Shown: positions 38,278-47,847 of the stretch, piece after piece
Numbering within the stretch: position 1 is the stretch's first letter
How the letters are laid out: each line of letters opens with the position of its first letter
Assembly (NCBI GenBank): GCA_039920085.1
Contig: JBDSEK010000183.1
Location: 1 to 52,296, forward strand
DNA: 52,296 nucleotides
DNA from: Devosia sp.
Lineage (GTDB): Bacteria; Pseudomonadota; Alphaproteobacteria; Rhizobiales; Devosiaceae
Reading direction: 5' to 3'
Made by a program: the position numbers and the translations under genes
Notes under the pieces: generated by a model
The model's input: the letters and a program-made list of their open reading frames with translations, nothing else
The model's database searches: none
What the model was told of the DNA's origin: nothing

Positions 38278-39615
38278 ATGCCTACTTCGCTGCGGACAGT
38301 CGTCTGGTCGACCGCGATCTTCCTGCTCGTTGGCCTGTTGGCCCTGGTGGGTATTGTCGGAGCAACCCTATGGCTGGGTGAACGGGCCCAGGCCTACTCC
38401 AGCGTCGCCGCGGAGGCCCGCCTCACCCGCTCGGCGGCCATCGAGTTCCGCAACGCGCTGCAAGGGGCCGAATCCGGGCAACGCGGCTATGTGATCGCTC
38501 GCAACGAGATTTATCTGGCGCCCTACGCCACGGCCAAGACCCAGGCCGCGCGGCAATTCTCGCTGCTCGAGGGGCGGCTAGCGGACCAGCCCGAGGCGCG
38601 TGTGCCGCTGGAGCGCCTGGCGGCGATTGTCGACGAAAAATTCGCCGAGATGGACCGGATTATCGCGCTGGAGCGCGCCGGCCAGCACGCCGAAGCGCTC
38701 CTCATCTTCAACAGTAACCGCGGCAAGGCGCTGATGGACGAGGCCAATGTCTTCGTCTCCGGCCTGGTTCGCCGCATCGAGGACCAGCTGGCCACGGGTA
38801 TCGCCGAGCAGCAGGCCAATGCGGGGCTCTTGCGGCTGGTGTCGGCGGCCGGCGCATTCGTGATCATCGCGGTGGTCGGCGGGGCTGGGTACATGCTTTC
38901 GCGCTATGCGGCGGAGGCCCGGCAGGCGCGCGACGAAGTGCGGGCCCTCAATGCCGGGCTCGAGCGGCGGGTGGAGGAGCGGACGGCCGATCTCGTGGTC
39001 GAGCGCGACAAGGCCGAGATTTTGCTGTCGGAGGTCAATCACCGGCTGGCCAATAGCCTGGCGCTGGTCGCCTCGCTGGTCAGCATGCAGGCCAAATCGC
39101 TGGAGGATCCGGCCGCCAAGGCGGCGCTGGGAGAAGCGCATGACCGCATCCTCGCCATCTCGCTGGTGCATCGGCGGCTCTATGGCTCGCGCGACGTGCG
39201 GGCCGTGACGCTAGACGAATATTTGGCCGCGCTGCTCGAACAGCTGAAGGCGTCGCTGCATGGTGACGGGCAGGCGTCGATCAAGCATTCGCTCGATCCG
39301 GTGACGCTGCCGACCGACACCGCGATCAATCTGGGCGTGGTGGTGACCGAGTGGGTCACCAATGCGTTCAAATATGCCTATCCGAACGGCAGCGGCGAAG
39401 TGCGGGTCCGGCTGGCGCGCCTGCCGGAGGGCAGGGTGGAGCTGGCGGTCGAAGACGATGGGGTAGGTCACCCCGAGGGCGAGGCCGTCAAAGGGACCGG
39501 CCTCGGCACGCGCATTGTGCGCGCTATGGCCGCGTCGATGCGGGCCGATGTCGAATATAGCGCGCGTCATCCAGGATTCTCGGCACGCTATGTGTTTACG
39601 CCAGCGGCGGGGTGA
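38278..39615 (+). CDS. CHASE3-domain sensor histidine kinase (HisKA_2 type)
   Basis: TM, AESGQRGY...YLAPY CHASE3, TM; EVNHRLANSL H-box, EWVTNAFKYA, DDGVG, GLG. Confidence 0.92.
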   Translation: MPTSLRTVVWSTAIFLLVGLLALVGIVGATLWLGERAQAYSSVAAEARLTRSAAIEFRNALQGAESGQRGYVIARNEIYLAPYATAKTQAARQFSLLEGRLADQPEARVPLERLAAIVDEKFAEMDRIIALERAGQHAEALLIFNSNRGKALMDEANVFVSGLVRRIEDQLATGIAEQQANAGLLRLVSAAGAFVIIAVVGGAGYMLSRYAAEARQARDEVRALNAGLERRVEERTADLVVERDKAEILLSEVNHRLANSLALVASLVSMQAKSLEDPAAKAALGEAHDRILAISLVHRRLYGSRDVRAVTLDEYLAALLEQLKASLHGDGQASIKHSLDPVTLPTDTAINLGVVVTEWVTNAFKYAYPNGSGEVRVRLARLPEGRVELAVEDDGVGHPEGEAVKGTGLGTRIVRAMAASMRADVEYSARHPGFSARYVFTPAAG

Positions 39616-39619
39616 GGCG

Positions 39620-40747
39620 ATGGCATTGCGGTTGATTGTTGCGGTGGTGGTCTCGGTGGGCCTGTCGGGCGCGCCGGCGCTAGCGCAGCAGGGGCCAGCA
39701 GGCATCACCACGCCGAGTGTGCTTGCGCCGTTCGATCCCCAGGCTGCCGCGTGCAGCGCGCCCAGCGGCCTCGGCAAGTCCCTGCTGTTCGCCATGGACA
39801 ATGATCGCGACTTCATCACCGGCGCGGGGGCCGGACTGATGGCGGCGGCGAAGGATCGTGGGCTGTCCTATGCGGCGGTCAATGCCCAGAGCGACGCCGC
39901 GCGGCAGGCTGAGCAAATTCGCGCCGCGATCACCGCGAAGTCCGGGGCGGTGGTGACGGCACCGGTGGACGCATTGGCACTGGCTCCAATCCTGCAGGAG
40001 GTCATCTGGAGCGGGGCGTATGTCGGCACCATCGTGCCGCCGCCGGCGATCACCATCCTCAACGCGCCACAATATTTGACCGGCAGGACGCTGGCCGAGG
40101 ATGCGGCTCGCCACATCAGGGAAAAGTTTGGCGGCAAGGCCGATGTGGTGCTGCTCACCCATGACAGCCTGCAGTTTCTGGCGCCGCGCTTTGCCGCGAT
40201 GCGCGATGTGCTGAGCGAAATGCCGGAGGTGACGATCGTCGCCGACATTTCGCCCGCGACGGTAGATGAAGCCGGCGGCTATCACGCCATGCAGACGGTG
40301 CTCGAGGCCTTTCCCAATGTCGATGTGGTGCTCGGGGCCGACACGGTGGTGCTCGGGGCCCTCCGGGCGTTGCGCGAGGCAGGCCGCGACCGGCCCGATC
40401 AATATCTGGGCGGGATCGACGGGGAACCGCAGGCGGTTACCGAGATCCTCGGCGGAACGGGGCCGTACAAGGCGAGCATCGCCTTGTCGTCGCCGATATT
40501 CGGCTACGCACTCGGACAGTATGCGGCGGACTGGCTCGAAGGGCGCAGCGTGCCGCAGGCCATGGACGTGCTGCCCTTCGCGCTGACCAAGGACAATATC
40601 GCGCAGTACCGCGCCGACCAGAACGATCCGGGCGCGGTGTTCGCCGACCCTGTCCGGCGCGATGCGTATCTGAGGATGTACGGCAATATCTGCGCCGACA
40701 GCCGCGACCAATACCTCAATTTCCCCTGGTCCTCCGAGGCCGGCTGA
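39620..40747 (+). CDS. Periplasmic sugar-binding (RbsB-like) protein, orphan
   Basis: Signal peptide; AQSDAARQAEQI, VVTAPVD, GIDG; no permease or ATPase gene nearby. Confidence 0.85.
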   Translation: MALRLIVAVVVSVGLSGAPALAQQGPAGITTPSVLAPFDPQAAACSAPSGLGKSLLFAMDNDRDFITGAGAGLMAAAKDRGLSYAAVNAQSDAARQAEQIRAAITAKSGAVVTAPVDALALAPILQEVIWSGAYVGTIVPPPAITILNAPQYLTGRTLAEDAARHIREKFGGKADVVLLTHDSLQFLAPRFAAMRDVLSEMPEVTIVADISPATVDEAGGYHAMQTVLEAFPNVDVVLGADTVVLGALRALREAGRDRPDQYLGGIDGEPQAVTEILGGTGPYKASIALSSPIFGYALGQYAADWLEGRSVPQAMDVLPFALTKDNIAQYRADQNDPGAVFADPVRRDAYLRMYGNICADSRDQYLNFPWSSEAG

Positions 40748-40822
40748 GCCCGCCGCGATGGCGGCACTCAGCCGCCGCGAAAGCGCCTTCATGCAGCCGG
40801 CCGCGCGCTGTAGCATCAGGGG

Positions 40823-43800
40823 ATGGTGGGGCCGCTGCAGATCGCAGGAAGAAGGGTGACGCGATGGGCCGCGGCGCTGCTGGCTGTCGTGCTGCTGGCG
40901 CTCGTGGCGCTGCCGGCGTGGGCCGATCCGGCTGACGATCTCGCGGCGCGGGTCGCGGCGATCGAGGCGGTGTTGGCGGACAAGGACGGGGTCGCGGCGG
41001 AGCCGCTGGCCGTTGAGGCGTTGGCGCTGGCCGAAGCGACCATCGGCGCGGACAGCCTCGAGGTCGCCAATCTCAACCGGCTGCTGGGCGACGCCTATTT
41101 CTATCAGGAGCGGTTCGCCGAGGCGGAGCCCCACTACCGTGTGGCCTTTGCGCTGCGCGAGAAGCGGCTCGGCACCAATGATGTCGACACGGCGGTGTCG
41201 GCGAATGATCTCGCCATCATCCTCAAGCGGCTGAAGCGCTTCACCGAGTCGCAGATCTACTACGAGAAGGTGCTGGCGATCCGCGAGGGGCTGTTCGGCG
41301 AGAATTCGCCCGAGGAGGCGAAAGCGAATTTCGAGCTGGCGCGGATCATCGGGCTGAATGGTAAAGGCGTCGAAGCCGCGGCGATGATGGATCGTGCCAT
41401 CGCCAAAGCGGCGATCGCCTATGGGCCGAACGATCCGACATTGGCCGACTGGATGATCGAAAAGGCCGCGATCCTGCACGAAGCCGGTGAAACCGAGCTG
41501 GCCGAGACGGCCTATGTCCAAGCCATTGCGTTTGGCGAGAGCGTCTATTCGCCGGACGACACACTGCTTGCCTATGCACGGCAGTCGCTGGGCTTCATCT
41601 ACTACGAGACGGGACGGAGCGCGCAGGCAGTACCGCTCTATAGGGCCGCGCTGGCGGTGCGCGAGACGGCGATGGGGCCGGATGCCCCGGCAACGATCAG
41701 CAATGCCTATCGGCTGGCGCAGGCGTTGTGGGCAATCGACGAAATCGCCGAGGCCGAAGCGATGTTCCGGCGCGTGCTGGCGGCGCGCGAGACTTCCGAT
41801 GGCCCGGCCTCGCTTTCGGTCGCCGACGCGCTGCGCTGGATCGGCCGCGCAGCAGCGGCGCAGAACCGGCGGGCGGAAGCCGAGATCGTGTTGAAGCGCG
41901 CGCTAGCGATTTCCCAGGTGCAGCTTGGGCCCGAGGATGTGCTCACCGGCTTTGACCTCATCGCGCTGGGCCAGCTTTATCTCGGGCAGGAACGCTTCGC
42001 CGAGGCGCGGCCACTGCTCGAGCGCGCAGTGGCGGTGTTCGATCTGTCCGAGGAAAACCGCAGCAGCGCCGCAGCCGGGCGGATGGCGCTGTCGCTGCTC
42101 GCCCATACAACCGGCGACAACAAGGGAGCGATAGCGCAGGCCGAGGCGTCACTGGCGGATATGCGCGCGCTGCACGGCGTCGAGAGCCGCGACGCGGCCG
42201 ATGTGATGCTCTCGCTCGCCTTCTACCAGCTGGAAGCGGGCGAGACTGATGAGGCCGAGCGGCTGGTGGGCGCCGTGCGCGATATTTACGCCAATGTGGC
42301 GCCCGACAGCGGCGCGGCGGTGCGGGCGACGAGCCAACTGGGCCGCATCCGCGAGGCCGAAGGCGATTATGAGGCGGCAATTGCGCTGCACCGCTCCGCG
42401 CTCGCGACGCTCACGGCGCGCTATGGCGCGGGCAGCGCGGAAATCCAGCCGGCGCTGGCGGATCTGGGCAACAGCCTGTTCGGCACCGGCGATATTGAAG
42501 GGGCGGCCAAGGCGTTTGCGCAAGCGGCGGCGATTGTCGAGCGACTGGCGGCGGTTGATAGTGAAACGGCGTTCCTGTCGCGTACCGGCGATGTCGAGGA
42601 TCAGGCGATTGCGCGGGCGCGGGTGTTCGATGATCTGATCAAGGCCAATTACCGGCTCGCCGAATCGGTGCCGGAGAAAGCGGCGGACTATTCGACCGAG
42701 GCCTTTGCGGCGGCGCAGCGGGTGACGGAGTCGGAAGCCGCGGGCGCTCTGGCGCAGATGGCAGCGCGGCAGGCGGCGGGCAGCGGCGAACTCGCGGCAC
42801 TGGTGCGTGAGCGACAGGATCTGGTTGCAGGGTGGCAGCGGCAGGACAGCGCTTTGACGCAGGCGCTGGCCGACGAAGCGCCCGATCGCGACGGGATCGC
42901 GGCGCTGCGGCAAGCGCTGGACGAGAGCGATGCGCGGATCGCCGCAATCGATGCGCGTCTCTTGAGTTCCTATCCGGGCTTCGCCGCCCTGCAGCGACCG
43001 GCCGCGCTGAGTGCCGAAGCAGTGCAGGCGCGGCTCGGGGACAATGAGGTACTGCTGTTCTTTGCCGATACAGGTGCACTTGCGGGCAGCGAGGCCGAGA
43101 CGTTCCTGTGGATCGTGCCCAAGGCCGGCGAAATGCGCTGGCTGCGCCTGTCACGGACCAGCGGCGAACTCTCGGCGGCGGTGCGAGAATTGCGCAACAG
43201 CATGGGGGTCGGCGCGGTGACGCGTGGGCCGAACGCGGTGGCGCGGCAGCAAGGGTCGGACCGGACCAGCAAGGTGCTCGAGGCGGCGCATGCGCTTTAT
43301 GGTGCGGTGCTTGGTGAAGCGGAAGCGATGATCGCGGGGCGCGATCTGGTGATTGTGCCGTCGCGTTCGCTGTCGGCGCTGCCGTTCCACGCGCTGGTGG
43401 CAGAGTTGCCGCCAGCCAGTTCGGCGGACCGCTATCGCGATGCACGGTGGGTGGCGCGCGAGCATGCCATCACCATCCTGCCGTCGGTGGCGTCGCTTTC
43501 GCCTGAGACGGAGAACGCCGGCGCGACGGAGATAAGCCGCACGGCCTATGTGGCTTTCGCCAATCCGCTGCTGGTGGGACGCCGCGGCACGGATCGGCGG
43601 GCCTTCAATCGGACTGGCTGCGCGCCGGTGATTGCGGTCGCGGAGGCGGATGAAGAGATCGCGCTGCCGGCGCCGTCGGCGCTGTTCCGGGGCGCCGAGG
43701 CGGATGTCGCGGCGGTGCGCGCTCTGCCGCCCTTGCCGGAGACGATTGACGAGGTGTGCGCCATCGCGGAATTGCTCGGCGCCGATGCGGGAGCGCTGCA

Positions 43801-44323
43801 TCTGGGCGCCGAGGCGAGCGAGGCGAATGTCAAAGATTTGTCCGCCCATGCGCAACTGGCGCAGGCGCGGGTGGTGCACTTTGCGACGCATGGTCTGGTG
43901 GCAGGCGATCTGAGCGGGCTGGCAGAGCCGGCGATCGTCCTGACGCCGCCCGAAACTGCCAGCACCGACGACGACGGACTGCTGACGGCGTCGGAGGTGA
44001 CGCTACTGAAGCTCGATGCCGATTGGGTGATCCTCTCGGCCTGCAACACGGCGGCCAGCGACGGCGGCGGCGAAGCGCTGTCGGGTCTCGCCCGCGCCTT
44101 CTTCTACGCCGGCGCGCGAGCGCTAATGGTGTCGCACTGGCCGGTAAGCTCCGGCGCGGCGGTGCGCCTCGCCAGCGGCGCGATGGCCGAATTGTCGGCG
44201 TCGCCGGAGATCGGCCGCGCGGAAGCGCTACGCCGCGCCATGGTGACCGAGATCGAAGCTGGTGGGGCGCGCGCCGACCCCGCGAGCTGGGCACCCTTCA
44301 TCGTGGTGGGCGCCTCGCGATAG
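40823..44323 (+). CDS. Secreted TPR-repeat plus CHAT (caspase-like) protease
   Basis: Signal peptide ending PAWA, many TPRs, LPFHAL, HFATHG (His), LSACNTA (Cys), GLARAFFYAGA, SHWPV, WAPF. Confidence 0.92.
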   Translation: MVGPLQIAGRRVTRWAAALLAVVLLALVALPAWADPADDLAARVAAIEAVLADKDGVAAEPLAVEALALAEATIGADSLEVANLNRLLGDAYFYQERFAEAEPHYRVAFALREKRLGTNDVDTAVSANDLAIILKRLKRFTESQIYYEKVLAIREGLFGENSPEEAKANFELARIIGLNGKGVEAAAMMDRAIAKAAIAYGPNDPTLADWMIEKAAILHEAGETELAETAYVQAIAFGESVYSPDDTLLAYARQSLGFIYYETGRSAQAVPLYRAALAVRETAMGPDAPATISNAYRLAQALWAIDEIAEAEAMFRRVLAARETSDGPASLSVADALRWIGRAAAAQNRRAEAEIVLKRALAISQVQLGPEDVLTGFDLIALGQLYLGQERFAEARPLLERAVAVFDLSEENRSSAAAGRMALSLLAHTTGDNKGAIAQAEASLADMRALHGVESRDAADVMLSLAFYQLEAGETDEAERLVGAVRDIYANVAPDSGAAVRATSQLGRIREAEGDYEAAIALHRSALATLTARYGAGSAEIQPALADLGNSLFGTGDIEGAAKAFAQAAAIVERLAAVDSETAFLSRTGDVEDQAIARARVFDDLIKANYRLAESVPEKAADYSTEAFAAAQRVTESEAAGALAQMAARQAAGSGELAALVRERQDLVAGWQRQDSALTQALADEAPDRDGIAALRQALDESDARIAAIDARLLSSYPGFAALQRPAALSAEAVQARLGDNEVLLFFADTGALAGSEAETFLWIVPKAGEMRWLRLSRTSGELSAAVRELRNSMGVGAVTRGPNAVARQQGSDRTSKVLEAAHALYGAVLGEAEAMIAGRDLVIVPSRSLSALPFHALVAELPPASSADRYRDARWVAREHAITILPSVASLSPETENAGATEISRTAYVAFANPLLVGRRGTDRRAFNRTGCAPVIAVAEADEEIALPAPSALFRGAEADVAAVRALPPLPETIDEVCAIAELLGADAGALHLGAEASEANVKDLSAHAQLAQARVVHFATHGLVAGDLSGLAEPAIVLTPPETASTDDDGLLTASEVTLLKLDADWVILSACNTAASDGGGEALSGLARAFFYAGARALMVSHWPVSSGAAVRLASGAMAELSASPEIGRAEALRRAMVTEIEAGGARADPASWAPFIVVGASR

Positions 44324-44400
44324 GGGTTGCGGGGTGACGGGAGGGCTCATACCTCTCAGCGGTGCGGCTCCCCACCGCCATCAGCATGAGGTTGCCAAAA

Positions 44401-45306
44401 ATGAGTTCCGAGGATGCGCTCCGCTCGATCGTCGCGCTGCGCTCGAGTATTCCCGAGGACGCCTTCACTGCTGCCGGGCTTGGGACGCTGCGCGAAGGCA
44501 GTGGCGTGGTCATCGACGATTCGGGCCTGGTGCTGACGATCGGTTACCTCATCATGGAAGCGAGCGAGATTTGGATGACGACGCTCGATCGGCGCGTCGT
44601 GCCCGGCTATGCACTCGGCTACGATCACGTCACCGGCTTCGGCCTCGTGCAGGCGCTGGGTCAGCTCGAGTTGCCGGCGGTACCGCTCGGCAATTCGGCC
44701 GATCTGCAGCTGGGCGATGCGGTGCTCTTCGGTGATGGCACGGGTCGTTCGGTGGAGGCGGCGATCGTCGCCAAACAGGAGTTCGCCGGATATTGGGAAT
44801 ATTTGCTCGACGAGGCGCTCTTCATTGCGCCAGCCCATCCGTCCTGGGGCGGGGCAGGGCTGTTCGACGCCGAGGATAGGCTGGTCGGAATCGGCTCGCT
44901 GCGCCTTCAAATGCTGCAGCGCAACCGCCCGTCCGACATCAATATGGTGGTGCCGATTGATCTGTTGAAGCCGATCCTCAACGACCTCACGACACGCGGA
45001 CAGGTGAACCGCCCGGCGCGGCCATGGCTCGGCATTTTTCCGGCCGAGAGCGACGGCGCGGTGGTGGTGACGAGTGTCGCCGAAAGCGGACCGGCCGCGA
45101 AAGCCGGGATCAAGCGCGGCGACATTATCTTGGACGTTCGCGACGCCGGGGTCGAGGGCCTCGCCGATTTCTACCGCAAGCTGTGGAGCAGCGGCGAGGC
45201 GGGAGCCGAAGTGCCGCTCAGGATCGTGCGCGATGGACGCGAGAGCTGGCTCAGGATCAAATCGGCGGATCGGCAGAGCTTCATGAAGCGACCGCCGCTG
45301 CAATAG
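44401..45306 (+). CDS. HtrA/S1C-like trypsin-fold plus PDZ protein, catalytic residues substituted (start uncertain)
   Basis: GSGVVIDDSGLVLTIGYLI, LGNSADLQLGD, HPSWGGAGL, PWLGI...GPAAKAGIKRGD PDZ. Confidence 0.88.
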   Translation: MSSEDALRSIVALRSSIPEDAFTAAGLGTLREGSGVVIDDSGLVLTIGYLIMEASEIWMTTLDRRVVPGYALGYDHVTGFGLVQALGQLELPAVPLGNSADLQLGDAVLFGDGTGRSVEAAIVAKQEFAGYWEYLLDEALFIAPAHPSWGGAGLFDAEDRLVGIGSLRLQMLQRNRPSDINMVVPIDLLKPILNDLTTRGQVNRPARPWLGIFPAESDGAVVVTSVAESGPAAKAGIKRGDIILDVRDAGVEGLADFYRKLWSSGEAGAEVPLRIVRDGRESWLRIKSADRQSFMKRPPLQ

Positions 45307-45446
45307 GCCGTCGTTCGTAACTCCCGGTTAAGCCTAGTTCGCGCTGAAGCCGCGATGTTTACCAAGCGTAACCCACCAGAGCCTTAGCGTCGACGCTGTG
45401 CAGATTTGCGCCTGCCAGATGCGGTGGGCCGGCGTGGGGGCTTATC

Positions 45447-45950
45447 ATGCGGCAAAGCGCGCGATCGATTGGGTATGGAGTGCTGGCCATTGCGCTGGCT
45501 GTCGCCCCGCTGGCCGGATGTTCGGCAGGCGCCAGCAATTTCGGCAATTCCAACCTGGAAGCGGCGGAGCTGCCCAATATCGGCAGTTACACCGCCGAGG
45601 GCGCGCTCAGCGAGGCGCGGGCGCATTTTCGCAACAATGATTTCGGCTATTCGGCGGCGCTCTACAAACGCGCGGCGGAGCTGGCCCCCAAGAACGCGGA
45701 AGCCTATGTCGGGCTTGGCGCGTCCTATGATCGGCTCGGGCGGTTCGACCTCTCCGATCGCGTCTACGAAGCGCTGTTCAAGCTCTCGGGCGGCACGGTG
45801 CAGTACTACAACAATGTCGGCTATTCCTATATGCTGCGCGGCAATCTGAGCGCAGCGGTGAAGAGCTTCAAGAAGGCCATCACCATGGACCCCGACAATA
45901 TCGTGGTCGCCAACAATCTGCAGATCGTCGCCAACGCGGCGAAGGCCTAG
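45447..45950 (+). CDS. TPR lipoprotein, TadD-like
   Basis: LAGC lipobox, TPRs (GLGASYDRLGRF, YNNVGYSYMLRG); adjacent to cpaBC. Confidence 0.75.
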   Translation: MRQSARSIGYGVLAIALAVAPLAGCSAGASNFGNSNLEAAELPNIGSYTAEGALSEARAHFRNNDFGYSAALYKRAAELAPKNAEAYVGLGASYDRLGRFDLSDRVYEALFKLSGGTVQYYNNVGYSYMLRGNLSAAVKSFKKAITMDPDNIVVANNLQIVANAAKA

Positions 45951-45959
45951 CTGGCTCTG

Positions 45960-46112
45960 GCTCTGCCCCCAACGCCCCTTCGGTCGCGAGCTTCAACCGC
46001 GACTGGGCTTTTTGTTGCTCTGTCCCTCGCCCCCTTCGGCTGCGAGGTCCAACCGCCGGCTGGTGCTTTGTCGCTCTATCCCTCGCGCCCTTCGGTCGCG
46101 AGGTCCAACCGC
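45960..46112. repeat. Three tandem degenerate about 56-bp units, each with a hairpin-like core
   Basis: GCTCT...CCCTTCGG...GCGAG...CAACCGC at 45960-46000, 46017-46056 and 46073-46112. Confidence 0.8.
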
Positions 46113-46114
46113 TG

Positions 46115-46363
46115 CTAGGGCGCCGGATCCTCGACCGGGACGATGACGGTCCCGTCCTTGCCGAGGCCCTTGGTGTTGTATTGGGAATTGTGGGACGGGT
46201 CGGTGGTCTCGGCGGCGAGATTGGCCTTAACGGCATTGCCGCTGGCGTAGCCGACACGGTCCTCGTGGTTGAGGTAGTCCCAGGCGCAGCCGCCGAGTGA
46301 CAGCGTGAGCGCTGCGGCGAGCAATGCCAGGCGGGTAGCGGCGATGGCGGCGCGAGGGTTCAA
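46115..46363 (-). CDS. Small lipoprotein associated with the Tad secretin
   Basis: LGGC lipobox; start overlaps the secretin stop. Confidence 0.65.
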   Translation of the reverse strand: MNPRAAIAATRLALLAAALTLSLGGCAWDYLNHEDRVGYASGNAVKANLAAETTDPSHNSQYNTKGLGKDGTVIVPVEDPAP

Positions 46364-47757
46364 GTGCCGTTCCCCAGATCGATGATGTAGCCATAGGGAC
46401 CGGCAATGCCGGCGCCGGTTTGAAAGTCCTTGATCATCTTGGACGTGACCTCGAGCTTGCCGAGGGCGAAGAATTCGGGGTCGTTGGCAACGACCGTCTG
46501 GTCGAAGGGGGTCGCGACGACCTGTCCGGGCGTTGCCGGCTGCACGAGGCGCGGTGTGACGATCACCACGAGTTCGGTTTCCTGCTTCTGGAAGCTCGAG
46601 GATCTGAACAGCGAGCCGAGCACCGGAACGTCGCCGAGCCAGGGCAGCTGGTTCTGCGTCAGCTTGGTTTCGTTTTGCAGCAGGCCCGCGACCGAGAAGG
46701 ACTGGCCATCGCGCAGCTCAACCGTCGCGTCGAGATTGCGGGTGTTGAAGATCGGATCGCCCGCATCGGTGAAGCCGCCGATGCCGCTGACCTCAGGAGT
46801 GAGCTTGATCTGGATGCGGTCGCCTTCGAGCACCACAGGCACGAACACAAGACGGACGCCGAAATCCTTGTATTCGATGGAATATTTGTTGTCGCCCAAT
46901 TGTACGCGGAGCGGGATCTGGCCACCGGCGAGAAAGCTCGCCTTGACGCCCGAAAGGGTGGTGAGGTTGGGCTCGGCGAGAGTGCGGACGAGGCCCTTTT
47001 GCTCGAGCGCCGTGATCGCCATCTGGACACTGATGCCATTGGCGATAACGCCGGTGATGAAGGCGGAAAAGCTCTGCGCGCCCTGAGTGGGATCGCCCGG
47101 GCCGCTGCCGATTTCACCGACGAAGCCGGGGCCGCTGCTTTTCCATTCGATGCCGAGCTCGCGCCCGGCCGAGCGGTTGGCTTCGAGGATACGAACCTCG
47201 AGATTGACCTGACGGCCGCCGCTGAGCGTCATCGTGTTGATGAGCGCAGGGCTTCCGTACTGGGCGACGATGTCCATCGCTTTTTGCATCGAGACCTCAT
47301 CGGGCACGGTGCCCGAGAGGCGGACGCGGCCGTTGACGGTCGACACTTTGACAGCGGAATTGGGGATCGCCGATTTGATCGAGCGCGCGATGTCGGAGGT
47401 GTCGGCGCCCACTTCGACCGCGAGCAGGCCGACGGGTGCGCCCGAGGAGCTGTAAAGATTGACGGTGGTGGTGCCGAAGCCCTTGCCGACGAGATAGAGC
47501 GATTTGTCGGTGATGGGCTGTGCATCGGCGATGGCCGGGTCGGCGGAGACGATCTTGCCGACGGCTTCCGAGATGGTGACCGTCACCGCCTGCGAGATAG
47601 GCAAATTGATGCGGAGGACGGAGGTCGTCGCGAGATCGTAGTTGATTACCTGCGGGGCGGCCACAGCCGAGCCCGGCGCGAGCAGCAGGGCGGAAAGGGC
47701 GAAAAGGCACGCTATGGCGCGGCGGGCCTGCCCCTCCAGGATCGAAACTTCACTCAC
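46360..47757 (-). CDS. cpaC: Flp/Tad pilus secretin CpaC/RcpA
   Basis: N-domain plus BON-like region, QVNLEVRILE, LAEPNL, FLAGG, PWLGDVPVLGSLFRS, ETELVVIVTP. Confidence 0.9.
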   Translation of the reverse strand: MSEVSILEGQARRAIACLFALSALLLAPGSAVAAPQVINYDLATTSVLRINLPISQAVTVTISEAVGKIVSADPAIADAQPITDKSLYLVGKGFGTTTVNLYSSSGAPVGLLAVEVGADTSDIARSIKSAIPNSAVKVSTVNGRVRLSGTVPDEVSMQKAMDIVAQYGSPALINTMTLSGGRQVNLEVRILEANRSAGRELGIEWKSSGPGFVGEIGSGPGDPTQGAQSFSAFITGVIANGISVQMAITALEQKGLVRTLAEPNLTTLSGVKASFLAGGQIPLRVQLGDNKYSIEYKDFGVRLVFVPVVLEGDRIQIKLTPEVSGIGGFTDAGDPIFNTRNLDATVELRDGQSFSVAGLLQNETKLTQNQLPWLGDVPVLGSLFRSSSFQKQETELVVIVTPRLVQPATPGQVVATPFDQTVVANDPEFFALGKLEVTSKMIKDFQTGAGIAGPYGYIIDLGNGT

Positions 47758-47847
47758 TCGGACGCTCTTTCGTCTGCACTGGGAGCGAAGGTTAATCGCG
47801 GTGGGTCAATATCGGCTTAACGGAGCGGGCCGGATTGGGGCGAAGCG

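Noticed and set aside
39680-41521. 613-aa minus-strand ORF
   Set aside because: Antisense to the binding-protein and CHAT genes, with an Arg/His-rich shadow composition.
40823-44323. TPR-CHAT as part of a CRISPR type III-E or gasdermin-type defence system
   Set aside because: It has a signal peptide, and no Cas7-11, Csx30 or gasdermin-like neighbour is present.
45960-46112. Tandem repeats as a CRISPR array
   Set aside because: Only three degenerate units, 16-nt linkers that are too short and partly similar, and no cas genes or leader.
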